Below, piece by piece: positions 1 to 8,183 of a stretch of DNA of 20,000 nt. Below the pieces are notes generated by a model. It worked only from the letters and a program-made list of their open reading frames with translations, was not told where the DNA came from and ran no database searches. The stretch lies in the IMG/VR virus record IMGVR_UViG_3300028764_000001; one strand, written 5' to 3'. Made by a program: the position numbers and the translations under genes. Position 1 is the stretch's first letter. Every line of letters starts with the position of its first letter. Source of the stretch: an uncultured virus (IMG/VR IMGVR_UViG_3300028764_000001). Taxonomy: Duplodnaviria; Heunggongvirae; Uroviricota; Caudoviricetes.

Positions 1-1
1 A

Positions 2-373
2 CCACCACCTGGTGCTCATTGGCCACCATTATCACCCACAACAATAAAGTCACATGGTAACCATACTGTATATAAAATGACTGGTTTTTATGAGAGGTCA
101 ATAGGTGTACATGTATATAAGGGCAGGGTACTAATTGGTATCCCCCTTAATATACGTGCTCCTGGGGGTTTAACTATAAATCAACTTGCTATCCTACTTG
201 AACATGGTAGTACTAATAAGGGTGGGGGGGGTATACCACCAAGGCCCCTTTGGGCACCTTCATTAGAAGCCTATGGTGGTACTAAAAGAATAAAGAAGGT
301 AGTTATACAAAATATAAAGAACTGTATATTTAAAAATACGGGTATAAGCCCTAAACAACTCACAATTCAATAG
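2..373 (+). CDS. Phage virion morphogenesis / neck (Mu gpG-like) protein, 5'-truncated
   Basis: The frame of ORF 77..373 is open back to position 2 (PPPGAHWPPLSPTTIKSHGNHTVYKM...). WPPLSPTTIK and IPPRPLW match the W-x-PL-S-x-x-T and IP-x-RP motifs of this family. It lies just upstream of the tail genes. Confidence 0.7.
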   Translation, partial: PPPGAHWPPLSPTTIKSHGNHTVYKMTGFYERSIGVHVYKGRVLIGIPLNIRAPGGLTINQLAILLEHGSTNKGGGGIPPRPLWAPSLEAYGGTKRIKKVVIQNIKNCIFKNTGISPKQLTIQ

Positions 374-375
374 CC

Positions 376-1047
376 ATGGTAAATACCCAAGAGATCATAG
401 AGAGATCCATATATTCTGCACTACTATCAATTGCTATTAATCAAGGTTACTCTCTAGACCCAGCTAATTATTTGCCTGCAACACCACAATCAGCTATCAC
501 TTTTGAAAGTGATAAAAAAGCACTACTAGACTCGGGAAAATCATTTGTTGGTATATATGGTGCAGGTAACAACCAATCAAGGGGAATAAAAGAGTGCCCA
601 AGGATAACACTAGAACCTCAGGGTTTCTTTCCTGGTGATATGGGCTTCCCCAAACAACAAGTTGATAAAAGCGAAGATGGTTCATTTTTAGTAAGTGAGT
701 CAAACTATACTGAATCTGTTGATCAGTTGGTAAATATCCACTTAACTGCTAACAATATATCCGATATGAGGTTATTACATAACATATTAAACTCATCAAT
801 TCCTCAGAGGGGTTATATAAAACCCTATATATATGATTTAAAACCTTTTGATGGGAATATATACATACAACTATCAAACTTCTTTTCACTGCCTGATACT
901 GATAAGGGTATAATGGAAAAAGTATACCAATTCATGGTTAAGGATACAATTTTAAATGAGTTATTCATACCAACTGGTGAAATTATATCTCCTATAAAAG
1001 ACATATCATTGCTACTAAGTGAAATTGAGTTACTTAAAATAAACTAA
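376..1047 (+). CDS. Putative tail terminator / tail completion protein
   Basis: 223-aa ORF between the morphogenesis gene and the sheath, the usual position of the tail terminator. Call is mainly positional. Confidence 0.5.
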   Translation: MVNTQEIIERSIYSALLSIAINQGYSLDPANYLPATPQSAITFESDKKALLDSGKSFVGIYGAGNNQSRGIKECPRITLEPQGFFPGDMGFPKQQVDKSEDGSFLVSESNYTESVDQLVNIHLTANNISDMRLLHNILNSSIPQRGYIKPYIYDLKPFDGNIYIQLSNFFSLPDTDKGIMEKVYQFMVKDTILNELFIPTGEIISPIKDISLLLSEIELLKIN

Positions 1048-1077
1048 TAATTATCAACTTAATAAATTAAAAAACGT

Positions 1078-2934
1078 ATGCCCAATTCACCTAATGTAAA
1101 GATTGGCTTTGAAAACCAAAATGTCCAAACCAGTGCACCATCCTTAGGTGTATCTCATGTATTGGCAAGGACTACCAAGGGCTCATTCAATGACCCTAGT
1201 AAACTAATAAGAAATATATCTCAGTTCAGAGATGTATATGGTAGTGAGATAGTACCTGATGGGACAATATCTAATATTGAAAAAGCCCTATCGGGTGGTT
1301 CCACATTACGTATTTGCCGTGTACCTGGGGGAGGTATAGAAAAAGCAGTTGCTTTATCTGCAGTCTATGATGAGGCAGATGGTGTAGTATATACTGATTC
1401 ATTAACAGTGGTTACTGATGATATTGGAGACAGCTTCAAAATAGTTATCACAATGGGTGATTCTAGGTTAATTGAACCAATAAATAAGACAGTATTTACA
1501 CTTGAAGTTGCAATGCGTACTAAAGAGTACACTGACTACCCCAACAAACTTATTAAGGTAAAACTTAATACCAATGGCCTTTTAGTTGTAGAACTTTACA
1601 GTAATGTATACCGGTACACAGATGTAAATCCAACTAACCTAGTAGAGTCTATACCTGTAATGTTACTAAAAACTGTTGATGTAGCAGGTAAATATGTAAT
1701 AACTGATGTTGATACATCCCGCTTTAGTAGCTTATTGAACAATCAATCAAGTACAAACTTAGAATTTGTAATTGGTGCATTAACTAAATCCACTACAACT
1801 GTAGGTACTGTAGATACTGTTACACCACTTACAACTGTAACGGGTTTACTTAACTATATTGACCATAATAGAGATAGGTTTAAATATGGTACTGCTGATA
1901 CAATTGGATATGGTAATGAGGACAACACTGGCTCTGTATTTACTGAAGGCTTGATCTACTTATTCGACGGTGGTAATACTGGTATTGCATCCACACCTGA
2001 AGATTGGATAGCCTCTATTGAATACTTAAGGGATTATGTAGATGCATATCAGATAACTTGTTCACACTTGAGCCAGCACCTTATTGAAGCTGATGCAAAA
2101 GAAGTACATATTGCAATGGCCAACTTTGTAAATGAAGTAGAAGAATTAGTGTATTATATTGACATACCAAAATATAAAACTCCTGGTACCCCAATGGTAT
2201 ACAGTGAACTCATCGCTTGGGTAATTGATATGATTACAACAATTGGGCATTCAAAATATGTAGCTTACTTTGGTGGGGGTTACAAGTATTACAACTCAAC
2301 TGGGGTTTTAAAAAACTGCGATAATATTGGAACCATACTAGGCTTAGGTGATGCCTGTGCAACTGCTTTTGGCCCTTGGTACCATTTCTCAGGAGTAAAC
2401 CGGGGTTTAGTAACTGAATCTGTTGGTCCAGTTTCACCAAACTATGGTTCACCTTCAAACTACAATAAATTAAATGAGATAGCTAATGCTTATATTAATA
2501 TGTCTGTAGTTAAGGATACCAGGAGTATGGGAAAACAAACTATGTTATTCCATAACTTTACTTCTCAAGTATTGGACAATTCTGAAAAATTCTTGGGTAT
2601 AGTAAGGTTAAACTTATACCTAAAGAAACTGTTGCGACCAATCCTAGAGTCTTATATTGAAGAGCCTAATACTTTCTCCACTTGGAATAGTTTATACTAC
2701 ATTGTTAAACCACTCCTTGATAAACTGGTTGGTTCAGCAATGGTTAGCTATACTTGGTATGGAGATCAATTTGCAACCTCTTTTAAAGACATGGAAGTTA
2801 ACAAAGAGGCTGATGTAAGGGTAGGTAAATACCTAGCTAAACTATCCTACATAGATATAGTTGCTATGCAAGAAATTGTACTAAGTGTTACTATAGATGC
2901 TGTTGCTGGTTCTGTAACTATTTCAAAAACCTAA
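1078..2934 (+). CDS. Contractile tail sheath protein
   Basis: 618 aa. N-terminus SPNV...GVSHVLARTTKGSFNDPSKLIRNISQFRDVYG and C-terminal FGPWYHFSGVNRG, FLGIVRLNLYLKK and YIEEPN are typical sheath motifs. Followed by a tube gene. Confidence 0.92.
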   Translation: MPNSPNVKIGFENQNVQTSAPSLGVSHVLARTTKGSFNDPSKLIRNISQFRDVYGSEIVPDGTISNIEKALSGGSTLRICRVPGGGIEKAVALSAVYDEADGVVYTDSLTVVTDDIGDSFKIVITMGDSRLIEPINKTVFTLEVAMRTKEYTDYPNKLIKVKLNTNGLLVVELYSNVYRYTDVNPTNLVESIPVMLLKTVDVAGKYVITDVDTSRFSSLLNNQSSTNLEFVIGALTKSTTTVGTVDTVTPLTTVTGLLNYIDHNRDRFKYGTADTIGYGNEDNTGSVFTEGLIYLFDGGNTGIASTPEDWIASIEYLRDYVDAYQITCSHLSQHLIEADAKEVHIAMANFVNEVEELVYYIDIPKYKTPGTPMVYSELIAWVIDMITTIGHSKYVAYFGGGYKYYNSTGVLKNCDNIGTILGLGDACATAFGPWYHFSGVNRGLVTESVGPVSPNYGSPSNYNKLNEIANAYINMSVVKDTRSMGKQTMLFHNFTSQVLDNSEKFLGIVRLNLYLKKLLRPILESYIEEPNTFSTWNSLYYIVKPLLDKLVGSAMVSYTWYGDQFATSFKDMEVNKEADVRVGKYLAKLSYIDIVAMQEIVLSVTIDAVAGSVTISKT

Positions 2935-2949
2935 TTAAATTAATAACAC

Positions 2950-3411
2950 ATGGCTAAAATAAAAAATCCTAGGAAGAAATTCCTATGGGCGATAACATTT
3001 ATCAATCACCCAATAAACACTTACCTATTTCAAAAGGTAAACCTTCCTGAAAAATCGCTGGAGCAAACTGAACATGCGGATGTAAACCGAGATGTAAAGA
3101 CTGCTGGCCGTGCAAAAATTGGTAACATGACTGCTGAGAAACTGGAGACAACTTCTGGTTCTGATACTTGGTTATGGGATTGGATGCAAAGTATCCAGGA
3201 CACAAAACTTGGTGGTGGCTTAACCCCAGAACAATATTGGGAAACTGTAAAGGTAGATGAACTTGCAGAAGATGGGGTATCAGTTTTAAATACCTGGATC
3301 CTTGAAGAAGTCTGGCCATTAAAACTAAATGGCCATGAATGCGAAAGAAAAAGTTCAGACAATACAATTGAAACTATTGAATTTTCAGTAGGTGACTTAG
3401 ATAAACTTTAA
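2950..3411 (+). CDS. Tail tube protein (T4 gp19-like)
   Basis: 153 aa directly after the sheath. LWDWMQ and WILEEVWPLKL...SSDNTIETIEF match the gp19-like tube pattern. Confidence 0.9.
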   Translation: MAKIKNPRKKFLWAITFINHPINTYLFQKVNLPEKSLEQTEHADVNRDVKTAGRAKIGNMTAEKLETTSGSDTWLWDWMQSIQDTKLGGGLTPEQYWETVKVDELAEDGVSVLNTWILEEVWPLKLNGHECERKSSDNTIETIEFSVGDLDKL

Positions 3412-3423
3412 TATATCCAGCAT

Positions 3424-3465
3424 TAAAAGGTATGGCTCCAAAAGGGTCATACCTTTTATAGTTTT
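3424..3465 (+). terminator. Intrinsic terminator-like hairpin after the tube gene
   Basis: TAAAAGGTATGGCTC (3424-3438), loop CAAAA, GGGTCATACCTTTTA (3444-3458): a 15-bp stem with two G-U pairs, ending in TTTT and followed by TAGTTTT. Confidence 0.75.
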
Positions 3466-3493
3466 ATAAACATAAACAACAACAAACAACACA

Positions 3494-4264
3494 ATGGAAA
3501 CAACACAACCACAAACAAGAACATTTGAATTTATTGCTCCTTCGGGGCACAGTTACACTATCAGGGAACAAAATGGTGAGGATGATGATATCCTATCAAA
3601 CCCAGTAAGGGCAAAAACTTTACAGAATCTATCAGACTTTGCATCGGGTTTAATTGTAACTAACACACGTAATAGTGGAAGACTTACTTCTGATGAAATA
3701 CAAGAACTCCCCGCTTTAGACAGGTATGTAATACTATTCAACTCTAGGGTATTTTCAATTGGCAAAGATGTTGATTTTGAATTTGATTGGGGGAAAGAGA
3801 ATGGTGGTATAGCTCAATATGAAGTAGATTTAAATGACTTCCTATTCGATTACAGTTCTGTACCAACTGAAGAAGTATTAAACAGTAAACCTAATGCTGT
3901 ACCATTCTACCCAGCACCTGAAAAAGAAAAGGGCATAGAAATAAACCTTACATCTGGCAAGGTTGTATCATTTGACTTACTATCAGGTACTGGTGAAACC
4001 TATATGGTATCCTTACCAATTAAAACAAAGAACTCTGAATTAAAGGCTCGTAACCTTAAATTGAGTGTACAGGGTAAATTTGAAGTAGTAGAAAACTTCA
4101 GGTTATTCTCAGTAAAGGATATGATGGAAATCAGGGCAAAAGTAAATGAGTATGACCCTATATTTGCGGGACAAACAGATATTGAGAATCCCCATAAAAG
4201 TGATCAGAAAACTATAATCAATGTAGTTGCTATACCAGGTTTTTTCTATCCGGGGGAGATTTAA
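3494..4264 (+). CDS. Tail assembly chaperone / baseplate hub assembly protein (T4 gp26-like), short form
   Basis: 256 aa between tube and tape measure. It has two internally similar halves and ends ...GFFYPGEI, with a slippery site. Confidence 0.75.
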   Translation: METTQPQTRTFEFIAPSGHSYTIREQNGEDDDILSNPVRAKTLQNLSDFASGLIVTNTRNSGRLTSDEIQELPALDRYVILFNSRVFSIGKDVDFEFDWGKENGGIAQYEVDLNDFLFDYSSVPTEEVLNSKPNAVPFYPAPEKEKGIEINLTSGKVVSFDLLSGTGETYMVSLPIKTKNSELKARNLKLSVQGKFEVVENFRLFSVKDMMEIRAKVNEYDPIFAGQTDIENPHKSDQKTIINVVAIPGFFYPGEI

Positions 4265-4416
4265 TTAGTGACTTCGCTTATGTAACAAGGTCTAAGATAT
4301 ACATAGACTTTGTTACATTTAGTAAACTCCCCCTAAGATTAAAAAAAAGATTCACTGAGGATGCTGAAGGGTACTTTAAAGAGATAAATAAGAATATTCC
4401 TAACATACCTACCTAA
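4240..4416 (+). CDS. -1 frameshift extension of the tail assembly chaperone (G-T type, about 307-aa fusion)
   Basis: Slippery heptamer T TTT TTC at 4240-4246. The -1 frame is open 4204-4416, has no ATG/GTG/TTG, and encodes LSGGDLISDFAYVTRSKIYIDFVTFSKLPLRLKKRFTEDAEGYFKEINKNIPNIPT*. It ends 11 nt before the tape measure ATG. Confidence 0.8.
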   Translation, partial: FFLSGGDLISDFAYVTRSKIYIDFVTFSKLPLRLKKRFTEDAEGYFKEINKNIPNIPT

Positions 4417-4427
4417 AAACAAATAAT

Positions 4428-6497
4428 ATGTTTACATCAGGCTCACCTAATGCTGGTCAATTACAGATTGGTATTGCTCTGGTACTCCAGGACAGATTCA
4501 CAAACCAAGCAAGGGAAGCCTCAGCCCAAATAAGGAGGTTACACCAAGAAGCAAAGAATGTAACTAATGCTAATTTAAGTGCAGCACAGAGCCTAGCAGG
4601 TACTGGTGCTGCAATTGGAGCAGGTATGAGTATGGCTCTCTATGGTGCAGTAAAACAGGGTGCTGCATTTATAGATATGATGACTTTTGTTGATGCTATT
4701 GCAAAAAAGAATGGCGTAACAATGCAGGAGTTAACTAAGCAAGCCAGGTCATTAGGTAGAGATACCATGTTTGATTCCAGAGATATTGCATCTGCTATGA
4801 AGTTCATGGCACAAGCTGGTCTAGATACAAAGGAAATAACTGCTAATATCAGAGGTGCTGCTAACTTAGCTGGTGCAACAGGTGTATCAGTTGGAGAGAA
4901 AGGTGGAGCTGCAGATATCCTTACTAATGTTATGAAGGTATTCCGGATGGAGTCCTCAGAGCTAAATTCAAACAGAGTTGCGGATATTCTTACTAAAGTA
5001 ACTACCCGGTCTAAGGTATCACTCTCAGAATTAAATGAGAGTATGATATATGCGGGTAGTACTGTAAGTAGTTTAGGTGGCTCTCTAGAGCAAACTGCAG
5101 CATTTGTTGGAGTACTTGCAGATGCTGGTATACGAGGTTCTATGGCTGGTACTTCTATGTCTAATGCATACAGGTATTTAGCAAGGTCTTTGGGTGACCC
5201 AAAATTCAAAGGCAACAAAGCATTACACTCATTGGGTTTAGGTAGACAGGATTTTATTGATGCTAAAGGCAACCTGATTGATATAGGTGCTGCAATGGTC
5301 AAGGTAAACTCTAAAACCAAGAGCATGAACAACATTGATAGGTTCAATGCTTTGGTAAGTATATTCAATGTACGTGGAGAACGTGGTGCTACCAATATGA
5401 TTGCTAGTATTGATCGTTATGGTACACTATTAAGCGAGCTACAAAACAACTCTCAGGGTGCTTCAGCAAAAATCATGGAGATGAGGATGGCTAACATTGC
5501 GGGGGGTATAGATATTATGAACTCATCACTTGAGAACTTGGTATCTACCTTCACTGAAAAAGTTGCCCCCACTTTAACCCCAATATTTGTAATGATAGGT
5601 AGTATATTTGATGCAGTATCTGCTGTATTGGACATACCATTCTTAGGGCCAGCCATATCTGCTTTTGTTGTATTTGGTACACTTTTAGTAACTGTTAGAC
5701 TTGGTATAATAGCTATAACTGCTGCAGGTAGGCTGATGTTCAATGACTCTACTGTATCATTTGCAAATATGATATCTGTAATGTCAGTTGGTTGGAAAAC
5801 AGCAACTATGTCTGCTTCTCAATATGCTGCAGTACAAGCTGGTATATTAGCTGCACAAAATGCCGGGATGGCTGGAGGTGCAGCAAGGGCTTTTGCAGGT
5901 ACTGCTGGTGCCACATTTATACATGGTAACCCAGGACAATATGCTGGGGGAGTAATGTTTAGGAATGGCAGGTATTATCAACAAACGGGTAGAGGTGCAA
6001 CTGGTGTAACAAGGATATCTGCTGCTACAGCTTCTAGTGTAATGGGTGGTAAGACACCACAACAGTTAGGCATAATTGGTGCAAGTCCTGCAAGTCTAGG
6101 TATAAGGGGTGCTGGTGCTTGGGGTGCTGTTAAAGGAGTAGGTAGGTTTGCTGGTAATCTACTTGGTGGCCCATTGGGCATTGCCCTATTTGGGATAATG
6201 TTTTTACTACCAAGGCTGATAAGTGCATTCTCAGATAATACCAATTCTCACAATGATAACACTTCAGCAGTTTCTACTAACAATGCAATAGAGATGGAGA
6301 AACTAAGGAGATCTACAACACTTAACCAGGAAGAACAGAACATTATGTTGGCTAGGTCATTGGATAACCTTGCACTAGCACTGGGTTCAGGTGGCCCTGC
6401 TGCAACATTGATAATAAATGTAGATGGTAAAGAAACTACAAGGAAAGAAATACAAAAAAGTAATAGTGAACAGGTTATAAACATAGGGTCATATTAA
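4428..6497 (+). CDS. Tail tape measure protein (TP901-family core)
   Basis: 689 aa, Ala/Gly-rich. Core motifs LGRDTMF...IASAMKFMAQAG, VADILTK, LADAGIRGSMAGT and IFNVRG, plus two hydrophobic segments. Confidence 0.93.
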   Translation: MFTSGSPNAGQLQIGIALVLQDRFTNQAREASAQIRRLHQEAKNVTNANLSAAQSLAGTGAAIGAGMSMALYGAVKQGAAFIDMMTFVDAIAKKNGVTMQELTKQARSLGRDTMFDSRDIASAMKFMAQAGLDTKEITANIRGAANLAGATGVSVGEKGGAADILTNVMKVFRMESSELNSNRVADILTKVTTRSKVSLSELNESMIYAGSTVSSLGGSLEQTAAFVGVLADAGIRGSMAGTSMSNAYRYLARSLGDPKFKGNKALHSLGLGRQDFIDAKGNLIDIGAAMVKVNSKTKSMNNIDRFNALVSIFNVRGERGATNMIASIDRYGTLLSELQNNSQGASAKIMEMRMANIAGGIDIMNSSLENLVSTFTEKVAPTLTPIFVMIGSIFDAVSAVLDIPFLGPAISAFVVFGTLLVTVRLGIIAITAAGRLMFNDSTVSFANMISVMSVGWKTATMSASQYAAVQAGILAAQNAGMAGGAARAFAGTAGATFIHGNPGQYAGGVMFRNGRYYQQTGRGATGVTRISAATASSVMGGKTPQQLGIIGASPASLGIRGAGAWGAVKGVGRFAGNLLGGPLGIALFGIMFLLPRLISAFSDNTNSHNDNTSAVSTNNAIEMEKLRRSTTLNQEEQNIMLARSLDNLALALGSGGPAATLIINVDGKETTRKEIQKSNSEQVINIGSY

Positions 6498-6499
6498 TT

Positions 6500-7381
6500 A
6501 TGGAAAAATCTAATAAATGGAGGGACCTGTTACTAAAGAACAGGGGTGGTAGGGAGTTATTACCAGTACCTCTACCACAATTACAGAATGTATACAATAG
6601 TATTACACAGGATGGTAATGTATCACCCTTATTAACTAGTCCCCTTAACAAACTTTGGAGGGCTAGGATTATAATGAATAGGGCCACATCTCCCATGGAA
6701 AAACACCATGATACTAAAATAATTGAAAAGGTTATAACTACAAGGGAGAATAGACTTAAAAGGGATAACCAATTATCAAAGGTAATAAATACTCCTGATA
6801 AACTAAATTACTCTAGAGCACCTGAAACTAAAAGGTCTATAACTAATCATGTAATTATAATCAACCCACATACTAAACCCATAACTAAACTTATCCTACA
6901 AGCTTTTTCAAATATAGAAGTAACACCAGAGTCAACCTGGGCAGTTGTAAAAAGCATGGGTAGGAATAATCCCTTCTATATGTTCACTGGTTCTGAGGAT
7001 ACTCTATCCCTTGAGATATCCTGGTATTCCATGGATGATAACCGGGAAGATGTAATAAATAAATGTAGGTTACTAGAGTCATGGACTAAATCAGATGGTT
7101 ACACTTCATCACCACCCACTTTATGGATATCCTGGGGAAATTCTGGTATGTTTGAAGGTGACTCATTCATACTTAAGTCTGCCCCATATAAGCCATCTAA
7201 CTTTCAAAACTCTTATAGGAAGGGTGAAAGGAAATCAACAAATGAAATTATAGATTTAAAATTATTCCCAAATTCAGCTACTCAGACCCTTACATTCAAC
7301 AGGGTTACAAGTGATAACAGGAAGCATGAAGATATAATTCCAAATTCTAAATTAAAAACTACTAGAGGAGTAATATTATAA
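6500..7381 (+). CDS. Putative tail tube initiator / CIS-tube-like baseplate protein
   Basis: Follows the tape measure. The C-terminal part has W-x5-GRNNPFYMFTGSEDTLSLEISW...SSPPTLWISWG, typical of tube-initiator domains. Confidence 0.65.
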   Translation: MEKSNKWRDLLLKNRGGRELLPVPLPQLQNVYNSITQDGNVSPLLTSPLNKLWRARIIMNRATSPMEKHHDTKIIEKVITTRENRLKRDNQLSKVINTPDKLNYSRAPETKRSITNHVIIINPHTKPITKLILQAFSNIEVTPESTWAVVKSMGRNNPFYMFTGSEDTLSLEISWYSMDDNREDVINKCRLLESWTKSDGYTSSPPTLWISWGNSGMFEGDSFILKSAPYKPSNFQNSYRKGERKSTNEIIDLKLFPNSATQTLTFNRVTSDNRKHEDIIPNSKLKTTRGVIL

Positions 7382-7384
7382 CCT

Positions 7385-7657
7385 ATGCAAGATACAACAA
7401 GCCCATATAGTAATGCCTACGGTTTAGAATATGAAAATGGTGATATCATTTTACAAAGGGTACCATTTGATTATACACCAAGTGAATTTGATGTAATCCA
7501 TACTGTTAAAGATGGTGAAAACATACAAAGCATATCATATCAGTATTATGGTGACTCTGGTAGGTGGGGTGATATAGCTGATGCAAATGCTATATATAAC
7601 CCCATTGTAGAACTAGTACCAGAACTCCAATTAATTATACCAGATGGAAGACAATAA
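7385..7657 (+). CDS. LysM / P2 gpX-like baseplate protein
   Basis: HTVKDGENIQSISYQYYGDSGRWGDIADANAIYNP...LIIP is a clear LysM-type motif. Confidence 0.88.
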   Translation: MQDTTSPYSNAYGLEYENGDIILQRVPFDYTPSEFDVIHTVKDGENIQSISYQYYGDSGRWGDIADANAIYNPIVELVPELQLIIPDGRQ

Positions 7658-8183
7658 ACCTATACTTAAGGATGGGACTGGCACACCCTATATAGCTATA
7701 TTTAATTCGAGAGGTAAGCCTATTATAGACCCTAAGAATAAGATACCAATAGGTATGAATGTTTATGATTGGTGGTATGAGTATAATGAAGAAAAAGAAG
7801 ATAGTGCAGAAATAGCACTTGAAACTGATAACCCCAACTTAGTAGATCACCCAGACCTAAATATCCAATCAACTATAAATATGCAATGGGGTTACATATA
7901 TGCTGATGGTACTAGTCATTGTGGTCCAGTAAGGACTGTAATAATACGAGATACTAATGTAGAGTTTGGAACTAATGGTACCAGGCTAGTTTTAATCTGT
8001 ACTGATAGCTTTGCAACTACTAAAACTACTCCAGCTGACATGGAGGAAAAGGCATTCATAATGTGGGTAAAGAATAATATACAAGGTAAATTCTTTGTTG
8101 AAATAATAGACCACACTACAAATACCCAACTGTATATAAAACCAGTAATAAAGAAACAGCCCAATGCCCAACAAGATAAATAA
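7644..8183 (+). CDS. Baseplate hub (P2 gpD / T4 gp27-like), N-terminal part
   Basis: YEYNEEKEDSAEI...DHPDL...INMQWGY...VEFGTNGTRLVLICTD resembles the N-terminal barrel of gpD-like hubs. Lies after LysM. Confidence 0.62.
   Translation: MEDNKPILKDGTGTPYIAIFNSRGKPIIDPKNKIPIGMNVYDWWYEYNEEKEDSAEIALETDNPNLVDHPDLNIQSTINMQWGYIYADGTSHCGPVRTVIIRDTNVEFGTNGTRLVLICTDSFATTKTTPADMEEKAFIMWVKNNIQGKFFVEIIDHTTNTQLYIKPVIKKQPNAQQDK

Noticed and set aside
224..231. G8 tract (and G7 at 13797-13803) as phase-variation sites
   Set aside because: Short runs in intact frames that mostly encode Gly. There is no evidence of length variation from a single sequence.
4640..6484. Long antisense ORFs (251, 96, 88, 78 and 71 aa) inside the tape measure gene
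   Set aside because: Shadow ORFs of a biased Ala/Gly-rich coding strand, with no motifs or expression signals. The same applies to the other minus-strand ORFs nested in + genes.
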